Below are positions 39,199-46,223 of a DNA stretch of 64,000 nt, in pieces. This DNA comes from Minisyncoccota bacterium. GTDB taxonomy: Bacteria; Patescibacteriota; Minisyncoccia; Phycocordibacterales; UBA9973. A program made the position numbers and the translations under genes. Within the stretch, counting starts at the first letter, position 1; each line of letters starts with the position of its first letter. The DNA lies in contig JBAYHW010000001.1 of assembly GCA_041665925.1 (NCBI GenBank), positions 166,685-230,684 of the forward strand, in the 5' to 3' direction. The notes beneath the pieces were generated by a model. That model searched no databases. It was not told the origin of the DNA and was given only the letters and a program-made list of their open reading frames with translations.

Positions 39199-40914
39199 AT
39201 GGAAAAGGAAATAAAAAATTTAATAAAAGATGCGCTTCAGAATCTGACAATAGAGGTAAGCGATATTGTGCTTGAGCATCCTGAAGATTTAAAGCATGGA
39301 GATTATTCTACAAATGTAGCTTTAGCTATTGCGAAAAATATTGGAGAAAACCCGAAGACTTTAGCAGAAAAAATAGCCAAAGAGCTAGAGAGATTAAATG
39401 TAGACAATAATATTGAAAAAGTTGAAGTAGCTGGTTCTGGTTTTATAAATTTTTATTTATCTAGGAAATTTTTTAGCAGGAATATTGAAGAAATTTTAAA
39501 TCAAGGTAACAGTGTCGGTAAAAACGAAATATTTTCCGGTAAAAAAATAATGGTGGAATACACTGACCCGAATCCTTTTAAGCCAGTACATATCGGGCAC
39601 ATCATGACCAATGCGATAGGGGAATCAATCGCTAGAATCCTCGAGCATTCCGGTGCAGAAATTTCACGAGCCAACTACCAGGGCGACATAGGGCTACACG
39701 TGGCGAAAGCTATCTATGGACTTTTAAAAGATACTAAGCTTCAAGATAAGTCCGGTTCACACAATCTCCAAGCGACGAATATCGGGGCAGCGTATGTGCT
39801 CGGGGCTGAAGCTTATGAAAATGACGAAAATGCGAAAAAAGAAATTGAAGAAATAAATAAAAAGATTTATGCTCGTGATGATAAAAAAATAAATGAGATC
39901 TATGATTGGGGCTTTAAGGCAACGATGGAAGCTTTCGAAGATTTATATAAAATTCTCGGAACAAAATTCGACTATTACTTTTTAGAAAGTGCCATGGCAG
40001 ATATCGGCAGGGACGTGGTCAATGCAAATACTGGTGAAATTTTCGAAGAGTCCGACGGGGCTTTAGTTTTTAAAGCAGAAAAACACAATCCTAAACTCCA
40101 TACCCGAGTTTTCATCACTTCTAAAGGTTTACCTACCTACGAAGCGAAAGAGTTAGGTTTAGCTCTGGAGAAGTTTAAAACGGAGCCAAATATGGATTTA
40201 TCTATAGTCATCACCGCCAACGAGCAAGCTGACTATATGCGGGTGGTGGCGAAAGCTCTTTCACTAATCCACCCAGAATATGAAAATAAAATGTTGCATA
40301 TTACGCACGGGATGATGCGCCTGGCTTCCGGCAAGATGTCTTCGAGGAAGGGTAATGTTGTGACGGGGGAAGCCCTGCTTAGAGACACTATCGAGCTTGT
40401 GTCAGAAAGGCTGAAAGATAGAGAATGGAATGAGGAAGAAAAAAATAAAGTTGCAGAAGTTGTCGGGGTCGCAGCGCTTAAATATTCCATATTAAAACAA
40501 TCTACCGGTGGAGATATTATTTATGATTTTGATAAATCTATTTCCTTCGAAGGAGACTCGGGCCCATACCTCGCGTATTCTCATGCCCGAGCGAATTCCA
40601 TTTTAGAAAAAGCGCAAAAAGAAAATATTTTACCAAGTTTTGAAGTTTTGCCTGATGAAACTTTCGAAATAGAAAAATTATTATATAAATTTTCTGAAGT
40701 TGTTCTTCGTTCTGCTTCCGAATATGAACCCCACTATGTTGCAAATTATTTAATCGAAATCGCTCGTGCCTTTAACAGTTTTTACGGGAACAACGTAATC
40801 GTAAACAAAGACGACCCAGCTTCTGCGTATAAAGTAGCTCTTACTTACGCATTTACTTTCATAATAAAAAACGGCCTCCACCTCCTCGGCATCACCGCTC
40901 CCACAAAAATGTAG
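39199..40914 (+). CDS. argS: arginyl-tRNA synthetase
   Basis: Class I HIGH (PVHIGHIM), KMSSRKG, and a DALR anticodon-binding C-terminus. Confidence 0.9.
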   Translation: MEKEIKNLIKDALQNLTIEVSDIVLEHPEDLKHGDYSTNVALAIAKNIGENPKTLAEKIAKELERLNVDNNIEKVEVAGSGFINFYLSRKFFSRNIEEILNQGNSVGKNEIFSGKKIMVEYTDPNPFKPVHIGHIMTNAIGESIARILEHSGAEISRANYQGDIGLHVAKAIYGLLKDTKLQDKSGSHNLQATNIGAAYVLGAEAYENDENAKKEIEEINKKIYARDDKKINEIYDWGFKATMEAFEDLYKILGTKFDYYFLESAMADIGRDVVNANTGEIFEESDGALVFKAEKHNPKLHTRVFITSKGLPTYEAKELGLALEKFKTEPNMDLSIVITANEQADYMRVVAKALSLIHPEYENKMLHITHGMMRLASGKMSSRKGNVVTGEALLRDTIELVSERLKDREWNEEEKNKVAEVVGVAALKYSILKQSTGGDIIYDFDKSISFEGDSGPYLAYSHARANSILEKAQKENILPSFEVLPDETFEIEKLLYKFSEVVLRSASEYEPHYVANYLIEIARAFNSFYGNNVIVNKDDPASAYKVALTYAFTFIIKNGLHLLGITAPTKM

Positions 40915-40952
40915 ACTATACAAGCATTTTTATTAACTAGCGATTTTTGTAC

Positions 40953-40988
40953 ATTCCCCCATTTACGCCATGGCGTAAATGGGGGAAT
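40953..40988. repeat. 36-bp perfect palindrome ATTCCCCCATTTACGCCATGGCGTAAATGGGGGAAT
   Basis: Left 18 nt is the exact reverse complement of the right 18 nt. The right arm plus ATAG recurs at 41386-41409. Confidence 0.9.
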
Positions 40989-41004
40989 AGGATATAATTA
41001 ATGT

Positions 41005-41397
41005 ATGCACAACCAAAAGCAGAAATTTTACAAAGGGGTAAGGGTTAATTCTTTTGGAATTCCCATTTTTACTAAAAACAGAACAAGTCGTTCGAAAAAA
41101 CAAAATAGGAAAAGAGTATTTTATCACAGCACTTTCGCTTCTTCTTTTAAGAAAACTGATCCTAAAAATCTTATCATTATGTACGACATACCCCATAGTC
41201 AAAAAAAAGAGAGAGATTGGTTTCGTCGGCAATTAATAAAGTTTGATTACGTTATGATACAGAAAAGTGTTTGGGTCGGCCCTTCGCCCTTGCCCAAAGA
41301 TTTTCTTGATTATTTGAAAGAAATTAAAATAGGGGATAATTTTAAAACCTTTAAATTGGCAAAATCCTATAATTCCCTCATATCAGCCATGGCGTAA
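41005..41397 (+). CDS. Cas2-like (type II Cas2 / VapD fold) small protein, orphan; possible N-terminal extension (alternative start 41179)
   Basis: LIIMYDIPHSQKKERDWFRRQLIKFDYVMIQKSVWVG closely parallels S. pyogenes/S. thermophilus Cas2 [39 protein letters not shown]. No cas1 or cas9 lies nearby. The stop codon falls inside the second repeat copy. Confidence 0.5.
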   Translation: MHNQKQKFYKGVRVNSFGIPIFTKNRTSRSKKQNRKRVFYHSTFASSFKKTDPKNLIIMYDIPHSQKKERDWFRRQLIKFDYVMIQKSVWVGPSPLPKDFLDYLKEIKIGDNFKTFKLAKSYNSLISAMA

Positions 41398-41409
41398 ATG
41401 GGGGAATAG
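41386..41409. repeat. direct repeat GCCATGGCGTAAATGGGGGAATAG (second copy)
   Basis: Identical 24 nt to 40965-40988. Together they bracket the cas2-like ORF. Confidence 0.9.
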
Positions 41410-41445
41410 TTTTCCACAGTTTTGCTAGGGCTTCTTTAAATTTAT

Positions 41446-44400
41446 GTGATAATTAATTGCATGAAGAAACTCTTATTGTTTGTTTTTGTGTTAAGTATTT
41501 TTGTACCAAAATTTGTATTTGCGGAAACTTATACTGGGGATATTTACATAAATAGTACTGGAGGAGGTAATTGTACTACCATTGGTGTTTGGGACGATGA
41601 AACTAAAACTTGCACTTTTACTAAAGATCTTTTTGGTCCATTGACCATTGGTTCAGTTGGTATTACCATCGATGGTGCAGGCCATACTATGTCCAGAGAT
41701 ACTCAAGCTGCTTTTTTTCAAAGAAATGGAATGACTGTAGGTGGATCAAATTTTGTTTTAAAAAATATTAATGTTAAAGGTTTCACAAACTGCATTATTT
41801 TTAATAATGGTACAATAAATAGCCGTGTGGAGAATTCTACTATTTCTTCCTGTGGCAGTTATGGAATTTACCTACCTGTTTCTTCCGGGGGACATATTTT
41901 TTTAAATAATAATTTTAATCAAAACTTTCTTGGAATTTTTGTAAATTCGTCCAACAATACAATTGAAGGCAACATATTTTCTGCAAATAATACTTATGGA
42001 ATAAGAATAAACAATGCCTCAAACAATATTATCAAAAATAATATTTTAATTGGGAATTTTACAGGAATTCGTTTTGAATATGGTACGGGAAATAGAATTA
42101 CAGAAAATACTATAGAAAATAGCAAGTCTTATGGTTTGTATGCAATTGGTTCTGGGGTAAACCAAAATTATGTTGTAAATAATAATTTTATTAATAATCG
42201 AGATGGACAAGCTTATACATATCAAATCCAATTGTCTGATGTGTCACCAATTGGTGGTAATTATTGGAGTGATTATGATGCGCCGAGCGAAGGATGTAAT
42301 GATTTAAATATTGATAGTATTTGTGATCAACCAAAATACTTGAACCCATACGATCTTTCGTATGGAGACTTTTATCCTTGGGTGAGGAGAGATGGCTGGA
42401 AAACTGACCCTCCAACCTGTTTTGATGGAATAAAAAATCAAGATGAAACTGATATTGATGAAGGTGGAGTATGCAAAGTCCTTAGCTCCGAAAAATCAAT
42501 CGTTTCGTTTAGTTTTGACAATTTAACACCAAAGGTTGTGGGTGTTATTAATGAAGCTGATCACACCATTTCTGCTACTGTTCCTTTCGGTATTGGTCTC
42601 ACAGATCTTATTCCAAGCATAGCTGTTTCAGCGGGAGCATCTGTTAATCCAGAGAATGGTACTTCTCAAAATTTTACTAATACTGTAATGTACAATGTTA
42701 CAGCAGAGGACAAATCAACTCAGGAATACGCAGTTACAGTGACTTCGTCTTGTACTGTTGATTGCTTTTCTAGTGTGCTTTTTTTGCCCGGACTTGAATC
42801 TAGTAGGCTATACACAAACAGAGAAAGTGGGAGTGAAGATCAACTCTGGGAGCCAAATACAAATAGCGACGTGGAGGATTTATATTTAAACACCGATGGA
42901 ACAAGTAAAAATTTAAATATTTATACGAGAGATATTATAAAAGAAACAAATGTTCCAATCCCCGTTGGTTCGGCGGGGCAAAATATTTATAAAAGTTTTT
43001 CGGCGATGATGGATGTATTGTTTGATGATCATAAAATTGCTGAGTGGAAAGAGTTTGCTTATGATTGGCGGCAAGACGTGCAAGATATTATTGAAAATGG
43101 AACAAAATACCAGAATGAAAATAAATCGCTTGTCGCTACACTGCAAGCTCTAGTCGATTCTTCTAAAAATGGCAAAGTCACAATCGTGGCGCACAGCAAT
43201 GGAGGATTGATTGCGAAAGCTCTTTTGAATAAATTACAAGATGATAAAATCGCAGGAATAAATAATTTGATTGATAATATTGATGTGCTTATTTTAGTAG
43301 CTGTACCAGAAATAGGGACTGCGAGTGCTGTGCCTGCGGTGCTGCATGGGTATAAACAAAATCTAATGGGCGGTTTACTTATGGACGAGGCGCATGCTCG
43401 AGAGCTGGGGAGAAATATGATTAGTGCTTTTGGACTTTTGCCAAGTAGGGAATATCTAAATAGGGTCAATGCTTCACCGGCAACTTTTGTGGATACTGTA
43501 ATTCCTTCAAATGTGACAACGAAACTTGTGCAGGCATTCGGGAGTGCTATCAGTTCTTATGATGAATATAAAGATTTCCTATTTGGAAGAGAGGGGAGAA
43601 CAGAGCCGACAATAAATCAAATAAATTTGCCTATTAGCTTATCACAAGATTTATTTACTAAAGCAGAGACTTTGCATAATATTATCGATGAGTGGGTGCC
43701 ACCAGAGAGTCTGCGGGTTGTAGAAGTCGCAGGGTGGGGGCTAGACACTATTGCAAGCTTTGAATATTACCCAAAGATATGCACACAATCGCTTAATTGT
43801 GGTTTCACAATGGACGAAAGGCCTCGCTTTACAGCAAACGGAGACGGAACCGTTGTAGTGCCTAGCGCTCAATATATGAGTGTTGCTGATAATGCGGAAA
43901 AGTACTGGGTAGATTTAAATAGATATAATCAGCTTCAGTTTTCAAGGACAAAACACGCTTCTATTTTAGAAGTAACTTCACTTTTGGATTTTATTTCAAA
44001 CACGATTCAAGAAATAATACCTAGTGACTCTCCATATTTATCTACTACCGAACCACTAGATACATCAAATCGCTTTTATATTTCTATTCACTCACCAGTA
44101 ACTCTAGATGCTTTTGACACAGAAGGAAATCATACTGGTAAAATTTGTCCAACTAACTCAGACTTTTGTTATGTAGAAGAAAATATTCCGAATTCATCAT
44201 ATTTACAATTTGGAGAAGGAAAATACCTTAATCTCAGAGAAGAGCAAATGTTTAAAGTTAAACTTCAGGGTACAGACGTAGGAACATTTACTTATGAGTC
44301 AGAAAAAGTCTTACCTGATGGGACATCCACCACGTCCTCATTCGTAGATATCCCTGTGACGATACAAACACAAGCAGAGATAACATTAAATGTTAATACT

Positions 44401-44757
44401 CAAACACCTGAGTTAAAATTAGATGTGACTGGAGACGGAGTTTCTGATTTTACTATTACACCTAATGATACCTTTGACCCAATATTATATTTACAAATTA
44501 TGAAAGCCACGATTGATTCGCTGGACATTAGTCCATCTAAGATTAAAGATTTCGATAAAAAAGTAGACAATGTAATAAAGGAGATTAAAAAAGGGAAAAC
44601 AAACAAAGCACAATTAAAAATAGAAAAATTTAAGAGTTATTTCACTAAAACATTATCCAAGCCAGATCCAAAGAAACCAAAACCTAATAAAATATCTAAA
44701 GCTGATGCACAGCTCCTGCTTGATATGTTGAACAAATTATTAGATAATTTAAAATAA
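41446..44757 (+). CDS. secreted multidomain protein: NosD-like parallel beta-helix, Ig-like domain, alpha/beta-hydrolase (lipase-like)
   Basis: Signal peptide; PbH1 repeats (NNxIxxN, GIRINNASNNIIKNN) ending in the GGNYWSDY...DSICDQPKY tail; VAHSNGG nucleophile-elbow motif in the C-terminal half. Confidence 0.65.
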   Translation: MIINCMKKLLLFVFVLSIFVPKFVFAETYTGDIYINSTGGGNCTTIGVWDDETKTCTFTKDLFGPLTIGSVGITIDGAGHTMSRDTQAAFFQRNGMTVGGSNFVLKNINVKGFTNCIIFNNGTINSRVENSTISSCGSYGIYLPVSSGGHIFLNNNFNQNFLGIFVNSSNNTIEGNIFSANNTYGIRINNASNNIIKNNILIGNFTGIRFEYGTGNRITENTIENSKSYGLYAIGSGVNQNYVVNNNFINNRDGQAYTYQIQLSDVSPIGGNYWSDYDAPSEGCNDLNIDSICDQPKYLNPYDLSYGDFYPWVRRDGWKTDPPTCFDGIKNQDETDIDEGGVCKVLSSEKSIVSFSFDNLTPKVVGVINEADHTISATVPFGIGLTDLIPSIAVSAGASVNPENGTSQNFTNTVMYNVTAEDKSTQEYAVTVTSSCTVDCFSSVLFLPGLESSRLYTNRESGSEDQLWEPNTNSDVEDLYLNTDGTSKNLNIYTRDIIKETNVPIPVGSAGQNIYKSFSAMMDVLFDDHKIAEWKEFAYDWRQDVQDIIENGTKYQNENKSLVATLQALVDSSKNGKVTIVAHSNGGLIAKALLNKLQDDKIAGINNLIDNIDVLILVAVPEIGTASAVPAVLHGYKQNLMGGLLMDEAHARELGRNMISAFGLLPSREYLNRVNASPATFVDTVIPSNVTTKLVQAFGSAISSYDEYKDFLFGREGRTEPTINQINLPISLSQDLFTKAETLHNIIDEWVPPESLRVVEVAGWGLDTIASFEYYPKICTQSLNCGFTMDERPRFTANGDGTVVVPSAQYMSVADNAEKYWVDLNRYNQLQFSRTKHASILEVTSLLDFISNTIQEIIPSDSPYLSTTEPLDTSNRFYISIHSPVTLDAFDTEGNHTGKICPTNSDFCYVEENIPNSSYLQFGEGKYLNLREEQMFKVKLQGTDVGTFTYESEKVLPDGTSTTSSFVDIPVTIQTQAEITLNVNTQTPELKLDVTGDGVSDFTITPNDTFDPILYLQIMKATIDSLDISPSKIKDFDKKVDNVIKEIKKGKTNKAQLKIEKFKSYFTKTLSKPDPKKPKPNKISKADAQLLLDMLNKLLDNLK

Positions 44758-44758
44758 T

Positions 44759-45139
44759 ATGAAAAAAATAGTAAGTTTGTTTTCTCTTTTTTTGTCCATT
44801 TTTATATTTGCATGGTTGAGATATTACGGAGAATCAGCAGTATACAATTATCACGTGGCTTACGTTGTTGAATACTTGTTTTATTGGGGTGTCGTTGTGT
44901 TTATACTGAGCTTGTTTGCATTTATGCTTAATAATGCAAAATACAAAGTATGGTTTTTCATTACCATATTATTCATGGTTATATCTATTTTGTTTACATA
45001 TAGCGTAGACGAGAATGACGTACTTTTTAGTGGTCAATACGTTATTTTATTGTTAATTGGGCTATATTCTTTTGTTTCTATAATTTATTTTCTTGTTCAA
45101 TTTTTAAAAAATAAAAAACAACCTAGTTTTGTGGAATAA
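44759..45139 (+). CDS. small integral membrane protein
   Basis: 126 aa with four predicted TM helices. Confidence 0.5.
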   Translation: MKKIVSLFSLFLSIFIFAWLRYYGESAVYNYHVAYVVEYLFYWGVVVFILSLFAFMLNNAKYKVWFFITILFMVISILFTYSVDENDVLFSGQYVILLLIGLYSFVSIIYFLVQFLKNKKQPSFVE

Positions 45140-45157
45140 ACTAGCAAAAAGTTATAC

Positions 45158-45182
45158 ACCTCGGGAGGGGTGCTTTTTTGAG
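45158..45182 (+). terminator. intrinsic terminator
   Basis: GCACC TCGGGAG GGGTGC followed by TTTTTT. Confidence 0.55.
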
Positions 45183-45185
45183 ATA

Positions 45186-45207
45186 AGCGTATGATGGGGG
45201 TGAATAG
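45186..45207. repeat. degenerate third copy of the GCGTAAATGGGGGAATAG motif
   Basis: AGCGTATGATGGGGGTGAATAG at the left edge of the GC-rich island. A related palindromic remnant TTCCCATTGAATGGGGGAA is at 45600-45618. Confidence 0.5.
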
Positions 45208-45221
45208 AAAAAGGGGGAATC

Positions 45222-45389
45222 ATGTACGATGGTGGGTACCCGCTGGTTGGTGTTTGTGAGGACTGCGGAGAAGAGGGCTCGACGTGGTGTGAGGAATTTT
45301 TCCTCGACGTGTGTCTCGTCTGCAAGATAAAGAGACAAGAACAAGCAGCCGAGAGAAGGAAGATGTTCACATCGCAAATGCCTGAGTGA
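45222..45389 (+). CDS. small DksA/TraR-type C4 zinc-finger protein (55 aa)
   Basis: GGGGG Shine-Dalgarno site 6 nt upstream of the ATG. CEDCGEE...CLVC with a following basic/Gln-rich tail resembles the TraR/DksA C4 finger. GC-rich codons. Confidence 0.5.
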   Translation: MYDGGYPLVGVCEDCGEEGSTWCEEFFLDVCLVCKIKRQEQAAERRKMFTSQMPE

Positions 45390-45406
45390 TGCGGGCAGGA
45401 GGAATT

Positions 45407-45610
45407 ATGAATGGTTGCTGTCTTTGCAATCAGGCATTCAATGCCTACCTCCCTGGCCGTTCGCCTAAATCCATGTGGATTTATCAGGCAGAGAAGTTGC
45501 CTGTCCACGAGTCCTGTGGGAGGAGGCTAGCGGTAAAAATCGAAGAACTTGTGAACGAGGACGCGCAGCAGGCATTCATGGGTCCAATTCTGAGAAGAAT
45601 TTCCCATTGA
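45407..45610 (+). CDS. small Cys-rich protein (67 aa)
   Basis: AGGAGG Shine-Dalgarno site upstream; CCLC...HESC cysteine pairs; GC-rich. Confidence 0.4.
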   Translation: MNGCCLCNQAFNAYLPGRSPKSMWIYQAEKLPVHESCGRRLAVKIEELVNEDAQQAFMGPILRRISH

Positions 45611-45736
45611 ATGGGGGAAGGAACATCGCGGGCGTTCACGTTGGACGCCCGTTTCTTTTTGAGAAAAGTTATGCACCTTGCGAGAGGTGTGTTTTATTTT
45701 TAGGCGTATAATTATAGAGAATCGCAGGAGGAAATC

Positions 45737-45985
45737 GTGAGCATCAGTATCAGTTCAATGCTCGCACAGTGTGTGGTGTGCGAGCGACCCATCCCAGAAA
45801 AAGAGGAGGCTAAAAACTTCGAAGGTCGCCAAGTGTGCTCGAGCTGTACGATCGAGCGCGCCGAAAGTAAGGTGACTGGTGAGGTTCTTCTCTTTCTTCG
45901 CGAAGAAGCAGTGGCGAAGCTTCGCGAATTGGTGTTGAGTCGCCACGACAATCACGACGACGGAGGGTTACATCCCCTCAGGTAA
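45737..45985 (+). CDS. small DksA/TraR-type C4 zinc-finger protein (82 aa, GTG start)
   Basis: Extended -10 and AGGAGG upstream. CVVCERPIPEKEEAKNFEGRQVCSSC fits the Cx2Cx18Cx2C spacing with the PIPE motif of TraR/DksA. Confidence 0.6.
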   Translation: MSISISSMLAQCVVCERPIPEKEEAKNFEGRQVCSSCTIERAESKVTGEVLLFLREEAVAKLRELVLSRHDNHDDGGLHPLR

Positions 45986-46017
45986 GCGGGGCCGCTTAAG
46001 CGCCCCGCCTTTTTTTT
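45986..46017 (+). terminator. strong intrinsic terminator
   Basis: GCGGGGC-N9-GCCCCGC followed by T8. Confidence 0.7.
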
Positions 46018-46019
46018 CA

Positions 46020-46040
46020 ACAAAGATGGTGCTATAATCT
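46020..46040 (+). promoter_or_regulatory. extended -10 promoter (TGCTATAAT) for the ileS leader
   Basis: TGnTATAAT at 46030-46038. Confidence 0.5.
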
Positions 46041-46044
46041 TTTT

Positions 46045-46222
46045 ACAAGCGTAGAAGGGGCCCCGTCCGAATAATCCGGGCAGGCATCACCCCTGAGCTT
46101 TGGGAAGAAAACCGCAAGGTGAGTAGAACCCGGTGTTATGAGAAGTAACCAAGGTGGTACCACGGGGAAACTCGTCCTTGAATTATAACTATGGTTGTAA
46201 TTTGAGGACGAGTTTTTTATAT
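46045..46222 (+). promoter_or_regulatory. T-box riboswitch leader, Ile (AUC) specifier, with terminator/antiterminator
   Basis: AACCAAGGTGGTACCACGGGG (46147-46167) matches the T-box consensus with the UGGU bulge. Terminator CTCGTCCT...AGGACGAG + T6 at 46171-46218. ATCA sits just 5' of the closing CCCC of stem I at 46086-46089. Confidence 0.7.
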
Positions 46223-46223
46223 T

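Noticed and set aside
40953-41409. Possible CRISPR array, based on the 36-bp palindromic repeat and adjacent cas2-like ORF
   Set aside because: Only two repeat copies were seen, about 420 bp apart, with a gene between them. There is no regular repeat-spacer periodicity and no cas1/cas9. It is treated as a repeat-bounded element, not an array.
45141-45955. Minus-strand ORFs of 66-118 aa across the GC-rich island
   Set aside because: High GC removes stop codons, so long shadow ORFs are expected. The plus-strand ORFs have canonical Shine-Dalgarno sites and recognisable TraR/DksA zinc-finger motifs, so plus-strand coding is preferred.
46060-46140. Weak resemblance to the RNase P RNA P4 region (AUCCGGGC / AGAACCCGG)
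   Set aside because: The T-box consensus plus terminator immediately upstream of an aaRS gene explains the region better. The P4-like matches are short.
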